Below the pieces are notes generated by a model, which did no database searches, was not told the origin of the DNA, and saw only the letters and a list, made by a program, of their open reading frames with translations. A stretch of 64,000 bases of DNA from the human T2T-CHM13v2.0 reference genome, Homo sapiens. The stretch spans positions 15,584,001 to 15,648,000 of the forward strand of contig CP086569.2 of assembly GCA_009914755.4 (NCBI GenBank), in the 5' to 3' direction. Shown here in pieces: positions 30,063 through 43,200 of the stretch. The translations under genes and the position numbers were made by a program. Each line of letters opens with the position of its first letter. Position 1 is the stretch's first letter.

Positions 30063-32080
30063 AACAGATAGATGTGTGTGTGTGCGCGTGTGAGTAATAC
30101 ATATAAACATCTTTGGGTGTATTAGATTTTTAATACAACATTTCAAGAAACATCTTAGGGCAAATAAATGTCAATTTTCTTTTCAAAATGACTTTTCTTA
30201 ATAAAATGTATTTAAAATACCTAGCAAAATATAATATTAAGTTAGTTCTCATTTTTAAATACACTGTGATTTAATCACAAGCTCACAGATCCTTAGAGAT
30301 GATATTGTCTATCAGCTGAAAATTCAAAAAAAATGGGAGATGCTCATGTAAATATACTAAGATTTGTATTTCATTCCTGAAAACAGAAACACTTCAGTGG
30401 TAAAATTTGCAACAAAAAAAAATGCTTATGGAAGCTTAGACAATGCTCTAGGACTCTAATAGTAAGCACAGGAATATGTCAGGAAGCCATACAGTCTTTA
30501 GATTCATTTTGATTCCTACCTGAAAAAGTGTCAATTCTTGCTAAATGTAGCAAAGCAACAAAGAAAAATTATTATTCACCTGTTTCTCTCAGTGTTTTTC
30601 CTAACCTTAACCCTATTTCCTAACCCTATTTTAAGTTATTTCCTAACCCTTTCCTATTTCCATTATTATAATAAAGCATTTTTGATCTGGTAGAAAATTA
30701 GAATTAGACCTTGCTTTTACTGTCATCACAATAGCATTTTATCAAGTTTTTTTAAAAAAATAGCAAATGGCAGAATTATTATATATTGTATGTTAATCGA
30801 AATTATTTTTTACCATGTTATGAATTATAATTTATATCTATTCTCAAAACTAAAGAAGATGCAACATTGCATTTGCACACTTGAGAGGAGAATTAGTTCC
30901 ACATGCTACATAGAGAGCTGTATTTATCATTGTTTTTCACAGCTGGTATGACTGTGACTATTATAATAGAGGTGAGCTTGCAAGCCAAAAATATGTGATT
31001 CATCCAACAGTTATTTACCATGTAACTTATATGTTCTGGATGTTTAGGTAGTTATTACAAATTAGGAAATATGGTGTTGAAAATCACAGGAAACACCTTT
31101 GTTTTCTTTTTCCTAGCCATTTAGCAAAGAGACCTAATTCAACAAGGTATCATGTTAAATATTATAATTCATTTGGTGATGAAAAATGCCAACTACAGTG
31201 AATAATTGAGGAACTCAAGTTTATTTAGGAATATAATGCTGGGATGAACAGGGAATGCCTTTCTTAGGAAATATAATTTAGGCTGACCAATAAAAATTTG
31301 TCTTACAGGAGAAAATGTGCCTTGCAAGTAGGGGGAACAGCAGAATTCCCAAAAGTCCTAAAGGCAACCTGATGATGAAATGAGTTAAGCCATGTTCACA
31401 GTGGTGTATTAGTTGACTTTTGCTACATAAGGAACCATCTCAAAGCTAAGCATCTCAAACAACTTTTATTTAGCAAAGCATCTCAAACAACCTCTATGTA
31501 GGTTATGATTCTTGGTTGGGAATCTGGGCTGTGCTCATCTGGGAGGCTCTTCAGCCTAGAGTCAACATCCAGGTCAGTTGGGTGCTCACTGGCCAAGCAC
31601 TATCTCAACATGGTGCTTGTCAGTGCTCATGTGGAATATCATCCTCTAACAGGCTAGTGAGGACTCTTCATGGAAACTTGTCAGAGTTGCATGTAGATAT
31701 GTTCAAGTTCTCTTACAGTGAAAGCTACATAGTGTCAGTGTCACCTCCCTGATCCAGAATGTCCAAATAAGTAAATCCAGAAAGATACAAATGAATGGGC
31801 AGTTTCCAGGGGCTGGGGGAAAGAGGAAATGGAGAGTGACCACTAACTGGTACAGTATATTTGGGGGCATGGGGAATCATGAAAACGTTCTGCCATTCGA
31901 TATTGTTTATTATTGCACAGATCCATGAATACATTAAAAACCACTGGATTGCATACTTTGACATAGTGATATGTATGATACAGTAATTATATCTCAGTTA
32001 AGCTATTTATCAACCTATCTCTATCTAATCAATCTATCAACCAAATAAATTAAGACAGCCTATGTATAGAGACAAATAGA

Positions 32081-32380
32081 CCAGGAGCCAGTCACTGTGG
32101 CTCACACCTGTAAACCTAGCACTTTGGGAGGCCAAGGTGGGTGTATCACCTTAGGTCCTGAGTTTGAGAACAGCCTGGCCAATGCGGTGAAACCTCACCT
32201 CTATTAAAAATACAAAAATTAGCCGGGAATGGTGGCGCAGGCCTGTAATCCCAGATATTTGGGGAAGCTGAGGCAGCAGAATCACTTGAATCAGAAGGCA
32301 GAGCTTTCAGTGAGCCAAAACTGCACCATTTCACTCCAGCCTGGGTGACAGAGCAAGACTCCATCTTAAAAAAAAAAAAG
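32081..32380 (+). mobile_element. Alu SINE, full length with an A tail.
   Basis: gaccaggagccagtcactgtggctcacacctgtaaacctagcactttgggaggccaaggtggg...ctgggtgacagagcaagactccatcttaaaaaaaaaaaa. Confidence 0.85.
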
Positions 32381-32886
32381 ACAGAACAGAACAGAGGAAG
32401 GTAGGCAGAAACAGACTCTGGTAGATGTAAAACTTGGCATGTAAGTGAAGAGCCATAATACCTATGTAGCTGAAAATGGGAGTGTTATCTAAGGAAATAA
32501 TTCAAATAACCTGTATACTATACCACCCAGATAAATAAATTCCAAATGATTTATGATCCACATGACAAATAAAACTTTTGAACTGTTAGAAGAAGAGTAA
32601 TCAAATAAAATGTCTTTATGTTTTTGGATTACATAAATAATCCTTTTTTAAAAAAGCAGACATTATGGAGAAAATAGTGATAAATTATAATAAATATGCA
32701 TCTTAATGAATTACTTTATATAATTAAAAATCAATAAAATAGTTAAAGGCAACAGAACAGATATCTCCAGTGCTCAACTGTGTAAGCTTGGGCAAATTAT
32801 TTAATCTCCACATATCTAATTTTCCTCACTGTGAGATGATATTAGTTACACATCTCAGAAGGTAGTTATGAAAAATATATATTCAG

Positions 32887-33184
32887 AGCTGGGCATAGTG
32901 GCTTTCACCTGTAATGCAGCACCTTGGGAGGCCGAGGTGGCAGAATCACTTGAGGCCAAGAGTTCAAGACTAGCCTGAGAAAAATAGTGAGATCCTCTCT
33001 CCACAAGAAATTAAAAACAAAAATTAACTGGGTGCAGTGGCACACACCTGTAGGGGTCCCAGCTACTCGGGAGGCTGAGGTTGGAAGGATCACTGGAGCC
33101 CAGGAGCTGGAAGCTGCAGTGAGCTAAAAATGCTCTTCACCCTGTGTGACAGAGTAAGAGTTCATCTCTAAAAAACAAACAAAT
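32887..33184 (+). mobile_element. Alu SINE, full length.
   Basis: agctgggcatagtggctttcacctgtaatgcagcaccttgggaggccgaggtggcagaatcacttgagg...gtgacagagtaagagttcatctctaaaaaacaaacaaa. Confidence 0.85.
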
Positions 33185-34445
33185 GAAATGCAAATTCATT
33201 ATGCATAAAGCCCTTAGAACAGTATGCAGCACTGATTTGCACTGTTAAATGTTTGCCTTTACATCCTCAAAAAGAGACCATCATCCATGAATGTAAAGAT
33301 TTCCTGCAAACCAATAACAGATGTTCAGCCAATCAAAAATTGGCTTGCTATTCAAGAAGGGAATTTAGAATGATCAAGACAACAAATACAGAAATGCACA
33401 TCTGCACTATTTTCAAGGAACTTGCAAATTGAAATATAAACTGTCAATATATTATACTCATCAAAGTGACAAATATATTGTCTGATAATAACAAGTGTTG
33501 GGAATAGGATAAGGGGTGCAGAATTTTCTTACCTGCTAGTGAGTGTATAGCATAATACAACTTGTTTGGAAAGAAATACACCAGGATATACTGAAGATAA
33601 AATTAGTACTACCCTATGTATCAGTTAGCTACTGCTGCATAACAAAGCACTCTAAAATTCATTCCCTTAAAACAATAAGCACTTACTACTGCTTATCAGC
33701 CTATGAATGTTGTTAATTGTAAATTTATTTTGGTCTTGGCTGTGCTCATTGATGTGTATTTATTGTTGTTTTGGGGTGAACTCTCTCAGGTAGTTGGGGA
33801 TTTGCGGGAGGTAATTTTGCCTAGGTTGGGGCCAATGGGTTCTTCTTTATGGCATCTATTGTATTCCAATCCACTAGTCTGCATTTTTCAGAGAGCAGTG
33901 GTAGAGTTTCAAGAGATTAAGAATATGTACAGGGGATTTCAGTTCTAGTCTTGGAAATAGCATATCATTATATTTTTTTTTCTTTTGAAAAAACACAATC
34001 ATAAACCAGTCAAGATTCAAGGGGTGAAAATACAGACTTTATCTCTATGTATGAGGAATAGCAAATTCATGGGACAGATTGTAGAACTGGGGACCCCTTT
34101 TGCCTGTCAATCGACTACACCCTGTAATTCAACATTATCTATCTAGTAGTTATGTGCCCTAGAGCTGAGGTCTTCAACCTGGCAGAGGCCTTTTTAAAAC
34201 TTTTTCAAAGTATGACTCAGCTGATTATTTTAAAGAAACCAACTTTCAGGTACTCAACCTCCATATGTTGTCTTTTCTAAGCCTTCCTGGTCACCAAAAT
34301 CTCTTCCCATATCACAAAAGGATGACCTTCAGTACACAAGATGCGTTGGTACTGACCTGCCAGGGCTTGTAATAAAAGAAGTAACCATCTGAATGCTGCT
34401 TTCTGGGAAGCTACTTTACTGAAAGCTCCATAAATTAAGCCTCCC

Positions 34446-34744
34446 AGGGAGGTGTGGTGGCTCATGCCTGTAATCCAAGCACTCTGGGAGGCTGCCAGAG
34501 GTGGATCGCCTGAGGTTTGGAGTTTAGAGACCAGCCTGGCCAACATGGCGAGACCCCTTCTCTACTATAAATACAAAAATTAATTTGGCATGCTGGTGCA
34601 TTCCTGGAATCCCAGCTACTCGGGAAGCTGAGGCAGGAGAATCACTTGGACCCAGGAAGTGGAGCTTGCAGTGAGCCGAAATCACTCACTGCACTCTAGC
34701 CTGGGTGACAAGAGCCGAACTCCATCTAAAAAAAAAAAAAAAAA
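34446..34744 (+). mobile_element. Alu SINE, full length with a long A tail.
   Basis: ggaggtgtggtggctcatgcctgtaatccaagcactctgggaggc...gcactctagcctgggtgacaagagccgaactccatctaaaaaaaaaaaaaaaaa. Confidence 0.85.
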
Positions 34745-36117
34745 GCCTGCCATCTTATACGTATTTCTATTGGTCCTGTACCAATGTTCTTATTTCAGAA
34801 CATGAAAAAAGAAAAGAAGCCATAAGTTATCTAAGGCAATTCTTCCAAATCCAGAAATCGAACTTTCCTGTCAAAAACCAGTTTTTCAAAGTGCACATAC
34901 ATTGGGTGAAGCCCATCGGTAAATGATCCAATCTGAAAATCTTCTGAAAGTCATCTTTCAATTTCTTGGTGGTAGTACTATTCAAGTGGAGGTTCAGATA
35001 GATTTCAAAATGTCTGCATGGAATATTTTCCCCAGCTAGAGTCTTTTCTCTCAGTGTATGGAGGAAAGAGGAAGTATCCAGATTGAGTACCTGCTCTTCT
35101 CATCTTTCTTGGGCTACTCTTGTCCCTTCTGTGCCCTCCCCTTCCAACCTATGCTTTCCCTCAGAGCAGCCTGTTTTCTTTGCTCCCATAAATGTATTAC
35201 TGGTCCTTGCTCTTCTGTGCATATTTAGCAGCCCTAACCCTCTTCCTCACCAGCCACCCTTCTATCCCCAGACTGGCCTACCAGAAACAGCAGAGTATCC
35301 TCAATTCGTGCATGCATTTTCCTGCCACGTTGGAATGATCTGTATGCATGTCTGTCTCTGATGTTCATTTCCTTTTTCAGCGTGGCTATGTATTTACCTC
35401 TTTTAGCCAGGACTGCATGGCATTACCTCTCTAAGCCAGTCAAAAGGTTCAATACATACTTATAGAAGGAATGGGCTTATGAGCAAATAAACTCATGTGT
35501 CATGGTCAGTCTGTGAAGACAGATCAGTCACCTCCTAGCTGCAGAGAACTGGGGATTGTAAATTCTCCCCCAGTTGCCTTTCTGCGTTGGATTACAAGAT
35601 TAAGCCTGTATTCCTCTGTGGCCAAGTGATAAAATAATCAATCACACCCACATCTATCATGGCCAAGAAAACATTTATTTCCTCACCTCCTCCCATAGGC
35701 AAATTGCCCCGGGAGGAGCAATATGGAAAATAATGTAGTTCACTAAAAAAGCCTCTTTCTCTACTTAAGATAACAGTATCAAGTTGAAAATTAACCTTGA
35801 CCTCTTAAAAGAAAGGAATATACAGTAAAATATGAACTACTAAATACATTTTAATATAATATCTCATGAAGAGCAATAATGCTAAGGTTCTTTTTGGCTA
35901 TTTCCTTATATTCTTGCTTAGATAACAAGATCACATTTGTATCTGATGACTTTCTCTGATGATTTAGATATGTAAGTGGCAATAAAATTAATATATATTA
36001 TAAACAGATTTAAATTATTTCCTGATGCATAATGTTAACAGCAGTAGATGTGACTGTGAGGTTTTTCCTTTGATGTTAATTTTGCTTTTACAATAGTCCT
36101 CATTTTCCACATTTTTA

Positions 36118-36388
36118 AATTTTCTTTTTGTTATAAGGTCTAGCTGTGTCACCCAGGCTGGAGTGTAATCACACAATCTCAGTTCACTGCAATGAGGTTC
36201 AAATGATTCTCCCATCTCAATCTCTTGAATAGCTGGGACTACAGGATGTACCACCATGTCTGGCTAATTTTTTGTGAATTTTGTAGAGACGAGCTTTCCC
36301 CATGTTGGCCAGTCTTGTCTGGAATTACTGAGCTCCACCTACCTCAACTTCCCAAAGTGTTGGGATTAAGGCATGAGCCACCATGTGC
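36118..36388 (-). mobile_element. Alu SINE, minus orientation.
   Basis: ttataaggtctagctgtgtcacccaggctggagtgtaatcacacaatctcagttcactgcaatg...cccaaagtgttgggattaaggcatgagccaccatgtgc. Confidence 0.8.
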
Positions 36389-37227
36389 ATATCATTTTCC
36401 AAATTATTTACAAAGTGTTTCTCTTACATTAATAACATAAAGTACTATTTTAGAAAGACTGACTTTGAAAATAACATAGATAAAGCACTAAATGTGAACA
36501 TCAGAAGAACAGGTTAAAAAATGCTGGAATATTCTTCAGGATTAGGGAAATTGAGATTTTTTTAATAAAATGATATTTAAATCTTAATAATAGAATGGCT
36601 GTACTTTTGTTTGGAGTATTTAAATCTTCTCATTTAAAACCAGTTCTGCACAGAAGTTTTACAGAGATGCTAATTGTTGTATGAAATGGAATATTATTCT
36701 GGCATTTTGAGGAAGGGTAGACATAGAGAAGAGAAAGGAAACTCGCAGTCCACCTAGGTTTTATTTGGGCTTCTTTGTGTGTGTGTGTGTCCAAGCCACA
36801 AGCTGGGTTTATTCTTGAATAAACATTAGCCAAATTGTTTTTCCTGAACCGTCTATTACCTGCATGTACATAGACCATGGTTGTGTTCAAACTAGATAAT
36901 CAAGATGACTTGTTTTGTTTTAGAGACATTTAGTTAGTTGTAATTACATGGACAAATAAAGCAGCAGTTTATCAAAAAAGAAAGAAAGGATTAAAAAATT
37001 ATGCATAGGAAAGGCAGTATGTAATTTCTGCCTTTCTGTTTCTGGGGTGAGGCTGTGCTAAATAAGATTAATTTAAAATTGGGATTTGGCAAGTAATTTC
37101 TATCAAAATCTCAGCAGGAGGTTTTGTTGCAACTAACAAGCTGATGTGGAAATTTGCATGGAAAGTCAAAGGACCTAGAACAAGCAAAAAGACCTTGGAA
37201 TAGGGGAAGAAAGTTGGAGGGCTTTCA

Positions 37228-38452
37228 TTTACCATATGCAGAAACCTGAAACCGGACCCTTTCCTTACACCTTACACAAAAATTAACTCAAGATGGATTA
37301 AACACTTAAGACCTAAAACCATAAAAACCCTAGAAGAAAACCTAAGCAATACCATTTAGGACATAGGCATGGGCAAACGCTTCATGACTAGAACACCAAA
37401 AGCATTGGCAACAAAAGCCAAAACAGACAAATGGGATCCTATTAAACTAAAGATCTTCTGCACAGCAAAAGAAACTAGCATCAGAGTGAACAGGCAATCT
37501 ACAGAATGGAAGAAAAAGTTTGCAACTTATCTAACTGACAAAGGACTAATAACCAGAATCTACAAAGAACTTAAACAGATTTACAAGAAAAAAACAAGCT
37601 CATCAAAAAGTGGGTGAAGTATATGAACAGACACTTCTCAAAAGAAGACATTTATGCAGCCAACAAGCATATGAAATAAAGCTCATCATCAGTGGTCATT
37701 ACAGAAATGCAAATCAAAACCATAATGAGATACCATCTTATGCCCCGTTAGAATGACAATCATTAAAAACTCAGAAAACAACAGATGCTGGAGAGGATGT
37801 GGAGAAATAGGAATGCTTTTACACTGTTGGTGGGAGTGTAAATTAGTTCTACCATTGTGGAAGACAGTGTGGCAATTCCTCAAGGATCTGGAACTAGAAA
37901 TACCATTTGACCTAGAAATCCCATTGGGTATTTACCCAAGTCTCTTTGGGTATATACTCAAATGATTATAAATTATTGTACTATAAAGACATGACTATGT
38001 ATGTTTATTGTAGCACTATTCACAATAGCAACAACTCGTAAGCAACCCAAATGCCCATCAATGATAAACTGGATAACAAAATGTGGTACATATCTACCGC
38101 GGAATACTATGCAGCCATAAAAAAGGACGTCCTTTGCAGGCACATGGATGAAGTTGGAAACCATCATTCTCAGCAAACTAACACAAGAACAGAAAACCAA
38201 ACACCACATGTTTTCACTCATAAGTGGGAGTTGAACAGGAGAAAACATGGACACAGGGAGGGGAAAGTCACACACCCGGGCCTGTCATGGAGTGGAAGGG
38301 TAGGAGACGGATGGCATTAGGAGAAATTCCTAATGTAGATGCCGGGCTGATGAGTGCAGGAAACCACAATGGCACATGTATACCTATGTAACAAACCTGC
38401 ACGTTCTGCACATGCACCTCAGAACTGAAAGTATAATTTTTTTTTAAATAAA
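37228..38452 (+). mobile_element. L1 LINE 3' fragment (L1PA/L1PB-like), about 1.2 kb. It covers the ORF2 C-terminal remnant and the 3' UTR, ends in AATAAA and an A-rich tail, and is 5'-truncated.
   Basis: The + strand ORF at 37369-37617 reads [75 protein letters not shown], which is the L1 ORF2 C-terminus. The ORF at 37753-37965 reads ..[24 protein letters not shown]... The terminus is ...cacctcagaactgaaagtataattttttttaaataaa. Confidence 0.9.
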
Positions 38453-39624
38453 GGTACTATAAAGCTATAGTAATTGAGATAGTAGGCAACTCATTTGGGT
38501 ATAAGTTTGGATTAATGATATATAATTAATTACAGTTGGCCCTTGAACAACACAAGGTTTAGAACCCCTGCACAGTCGAATATTCACTTTTAACTTTTTA
38601 CTCCCTCAATACTTAACAACTAATAGCCTACTGTTGACTGGAATACTTACCAATAACATAAACAGCTAATTAACACATCTTTTGTATGTTATATATACAA
38701 TATGCTGTATTCTCCAAATAAACTAAGTTAGAGAAAAGAAAATGATATTAAGAAAATCATAAATAAGAGAAAATGCATTTACCACTCATTAAATAGAAGT
38801 GGATCTTTTTGAAAGTCCTCATCCTCATCTTCATATTTAGTAAGCTAAGGAGGAGGAAGGAGAGAAGAGGTTGGTCTTTCTGTTTCAGGGATGGGTGGTA
38901 GAGATGGAAGAAAAAGGTAGATCTGCACAGCACAGTTCAGACCTATGTAGTTCAACAGTCAATTATAAACAGTTTAGAAATCAATCCTTCAATTTATAGT
39001 CAACAAGTTTTTTTAAATGCTGCGAAAACAATTAAAGGAGGCAAGGATAGTCTTCTCAATAAATGGCACTGAGACAATTGGTTATTCATATGTAAAAAGA
39101 TGGATTTCAACCCTTAACACTTATTATACCCAAAAATTTACTCAAAATGAATGACAGATGAAAATGTAAGAATTAAAATTCTTAAACTTTTAGGAAACAT
39201 CAACAACACAGGACAATGTCTTCAGGGCCATGGATTGGGAAAGATTTCATAAATGTGACTTCAAAAATACAGTAGTTAAAAGAATTGATCAGTTGAACCT
39301 CAAAAGGACAATCCTTTAATGAAAAGTATTGATCAGTTTAAAGTCATCAAAATGAAAAACTTTTGCATTTTGAAAGTTATCACTGAGAAAACCAAAAGAC
39401 AAGCCATAAACTGGGAGAGGAGATTGGCTAACTATATTCCTGATAAAAGATTTTTATCTCCAAAATGTGTAAAACAAAACAAAACACTATTCAGTAATAA
39501 GACACAAATTATTTTTTAATTGGCAAAAATATATTATTAGACGTTTCACCAAAGAGAGTATACATGAGAAGATACTTAATATCATTAGTTATTAGACATT
39601 AGCTACATTAAAACTACAATGAGG

Positions 39625-40240
39625 TCAGGTGTGGTGGCTTATGCCTGTAATTCCAGCACATTGGGACGCCAAAATGAGTGGATTGTTTGAGGCCAGGAGT
39701 TTCACACCATCCCGGACAATAGGGAAAGATCCCATGTCTACCAAAATACAAAAATTAACCAGGGGCGGCCGGGCGCTGTGGCTCACGCCTGTAATCCCAG
39801 CACTTTGGGAGGCCGAGGCGGGCGGATCACGAGGTCAGGAGATAGAGACCATCCTGGCTAATACGGTGAAACCCCGTCTCTACTAAAAATACAAAAAAAT
39901 TAGCCGGTCATGGTGGAGGGCACCTGTAGTCCCAGCTACTCTGGAGGCTGAGGCAGGAGAATGGCGTGAACTCAGGAGGCGGAGCTGGCAGTGAGTAGAG
40001 ATCTCGCCACTGCACTCCAGACTGGGCGACAGAGCGAGACTCCCTATGGAAAAAAAAAATTAGCCAGAAGTAGTGGTGAAGGCCTGGAGTCCCAGCTACT
40101 TGAGAGGCTGAGGCACGAGAATTGCTTAAACCCATGAGGTGGATGGAGGTTGTAGTGAGCCGAGATCACACCACTGCCCACCAGTCTGGCTAACAAAGTG
40201 AGACTCTATCTCAAAAAATAAAAACAAACAAACAAAAAAA
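39625..40240 (+). mobile_element. Older Alu (AluS/J-like) inserted in the L1. It is itself split into 39625-39765 and 40061-40240 by a younger AluY.
   Basis: The left part (ggtcaggtgtggtggcttatgcctgtaattccagcacattgggacgcc...caaaatacaaaaattaaccagg) and the right part (ttagccagaagtagtggtgaaggcctggagtcccagctacttgagagg...ctggctaacaaagtgagactctatctcaaaaaataaaaacaaacaaacaaaaaaa) join into one Alu. A roughly 10-bp target-site duplication in the L1, ctacaatgag and ctacagtgag, flanks it. Confidence 0.8.
39766..40059 (+). mobile_element. AluY-type SINE nested inside the older Alu. It has an A tail and a roughly 13-bp target-site duplication, aaaaattaaccag and aaaaattagccag.
   Basis: ggccgggcgctgtggctcacgcctgtaatcccagcactttgggaggccgaggcgggcggatcacgaggtcaggagatagagaccatcctggctaatacggtgaaaccccgtctctactaaaaatacaaaaaaattagccgg...gcgacagagcgagactccctatggaaaaaaaaaa. 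The flanking duplicated segment comes from the host Alu linker region. Confidence 0.8.
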
Positions 40241-43200
40241 CCCTACAGTGAGACACAATTTTACACCCATTAGTATGGCTATAACAACAACAACAAAAAA
40301 GATATTAGCAAGTGTTGTCTAGGTAATAGAAAAAATAGAGACCCTTTATATCACCATTGGTGAGAATGCCAACTATTACAGCTAATTTGGAAAATAATCG
40401 GCCAATTTCTTAAAACAAAAACATTAAACATAAATTTGCCTTATGAAACAGCAATTTCAGCCCTAGATATGTATGCAAAGAGATGAAAATATATGTCCAT
40501 GCAAAAAATGGTACACAGGTACACAAATAATTGTTCATAGCAGCATTATTAATAATAATCAACAAGTAGAAATAGACCAAATGTCACTAAAAAATAAATG
40601 GATTTAAAAGATGTGGTATACCCATACAATGGAAAATAATTTAGCCCTAAAAAAGTATTGATGCATGGTACAATATGGACGGACATTGAAAATATTATGT
40701 AAAGTAAAAGAAGCCAGACACAAAAGACTACATATTATATGAGTTCATTTATATGAAATGCCTAGAAAAAGACAAATCTTACAAAGACAGAAAGTGGATC
40801 AGCAAGGCTGTCACTCCCACGCACTCAGCCAGGTCTGATTTTAAAGGATATTAAGCCCCATTAAATGGAAATTAAGTTTTGTTTGATGTATGGAAACAGC
40901 AATATCAAGTCTTGGTTTCAAAATATGTTTAACCTCTTTTGAGTTATGTAGAACTGGAAAATGTTTTTCACTCGCAAGTATTGGACATAACAGTATTTCC
41001 CCTCTGCCTTAATCCACTTATCCTAGAACCCTATAGGAAGGCAAAGACTGTTTTAATTGAGCGACACAGTTAAAGTTATTGATAGTGGGGTATGCACACA
41101 TGGGCTACATCTGTCTATGAAAAGGAAACAATGGAGCCAATTTTTTAAGTAATTCAAGCAAAATTAAATGTTCACACCTTTTAAATCTGGAAGCTATAAA
41201 AAGCAAAATGGTGCTCTGTACACAAAGAGCATAGCCTAGTTTTTGCTATCCTTAAGCCTCTTCCTGCATTTTGCCTATATTAAATTTCCTATGCAGATAT
41301 TATTGAGGTGATCAGGTAGGTGACTTCAATTTTTATTTTCTATAACAAATTCAAATTCAATAACTTTCAAGTAATATTTAATAACTATTTTAAACACAGA
41401 AGACATAGTCTATAATATTTTGTCCTGACTTAAATACTTATTGCAAGTAGTAGATGTTAATACAAGAAAACAATACTGAATAATGGGTAGTTGTTCTTTA
41501 AACATGGAGTAGAGGTAAATCTTAGTGATTTAGGGACATTTCTAATTTTTAGAGATTGTGCAATTTTAAGTTTCTAATGCATGCAATTAATGTCAATTTT
41601 CTGATATTTTGATTAAAGTCCTCCCATGTTTGCTGTATGTGCTTTTGCTTGCCTTATGAAAATTTCTAACCATAGTGTATCAGTAACATTTCAAAAATGT
41701 ATTTAAATTATAATATGTTCAAATCAAAGTACTGTCAAATATGCCATATGCATTTCTTTTAAGAATGTGGGAAATACCTTTAATAATTTTATTTTCTCTT
41801 TTTTTAAAACTCACATTAGCATTTTTTTGCAGTAGCATCATTTTAACCCCCAACTGCATATCCACAGTATAGCTAATATTTTTTACAAGTAACATTTTGA
41901 ATTTGTTCTTCTTGACATCTTTATGTTTATATGCATTTTGCATTTCCCTATCTCATTTTTTTGAAACCAAATGTAACCAATTTCAAGTTTTTGTGTTACA
42001 TTCATTTTTTTTCTTTTACTAGGTAGCATCTTTCTCTTTTCTGAATTTTTTGCAAACATATTGTTTCTGAATTCTCTTTCATCCCTTTATTTTCCTTTTC
42101 AATATCACCCCAGGAACCAACATAAAGAGAAATGCAGACGATATAACCAGTAATGACCATGGTGAAGATAAAGGTATTTTTTGTTTTTTCAAAGCTCAAC
42201 CCTGATGCATGATTTTATGTCTATCTATCTCTCTCTTTTTTTTATTTCAACCTGTTTTTCCTCCCCTTATTTAACTCTTGTACACTTTTGTGTGCTTCTT
42301 TATTTTCTTCTTGTATAGAAACCACTGTTATTTTTAACCCCAGTTACCATGTACTGGAAACAAATCACTGTGTGAAGTATAAACATTGTTTCTGTACATG
42401 AAAATAGTAATGAAATACTACTTACAGAGAAGCCCACCTTTTTTTTTTTTCTTTTTTTGGCTTTGTCACAAGAAGAAAAAATAGAATTTTAAAGAATGCA
42501 TGTATAGTCTCTTTTATCCCTTCCAAATGTTATTTTGTAAGTTAATATACTACTTTGCAGCTTCAGTCTTCCTAATTAGTTTTGCAAACTGCAAAACTTT
42601 GCAGCACCTTAGAATAATTTTTTCATAGGACTGAAGTTTCAATTTTGTTTCTTTGGTTTGGCATTCTTTACAAACATATTGATTCCAACATAGTCATCCA
42701 ATAATCTGCTTACAGTGAAGTACATCAAAAAGCATTTTAACAAGATGCTGTTGTTAACAAGCCCTGATTCTTTCAGTACTGCCTTTTACAACATTTAAAG
42801 AAAAAAATAAGAAGTAGCTCAGAACTGAAAAAGGACAAAAAGCTAGCTATGTGCATCTTTGTTTTCACACCACCGTTCTTTGAAAATATGTTTCTCCTTT
42901 AAATGTTTTATTGCTGTGAAGTTTCTTTTTAAGGTGACAAAATTGCTCAATAGATTATCTACCAGTAGTGGAAATATTTTTCATAAAGGTGGAAGGTCTG
43001 AGCAGTCATGCAGAAAACATAGACACTATTTTTATCCCCTTTGTGTAGAAGAAATTTGTTTTTGTTTTTGTTCTTGTTTTTTTAAAAGAGGAGAAACAAC
43101 AAGAAAGTACTCAAGCCATTCCTCATTGGTAAGGCTCTATATGATTAGCTAACTGCACATTTTTTCCCATCTGGGTAGCAAAATGTATGGAATTCTATTT

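Larger units (their letters stand above)
38935..40815 (+). mobile_element. Older L1 LINE (L1PB/L1MA-like) ORF2 C-terminal region, plus strand. It is interrupted at 39625-40240 by a nested Alu cluster, listed as the next two features.
   Basis: The L1 sequence before the Alus includes ...ggatagtcttctcaataaatggcactgagacaattgg..., ..aaatgtaagaattaaaattcttaaac.. and ..ctacaatgag. It resumes after the Alus as acacccattagtatggctataacaacaac...caagtgttgtctagg...ccatacaatggaaaataatttagccctaaaaaagt...acagaaagtggatcagcaagg, in the same L1 coordinates. The flanking repeats ctacaatgag and ctacagtgag are the target-site duplication of the inserted Alu. Confidence 0.75.
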
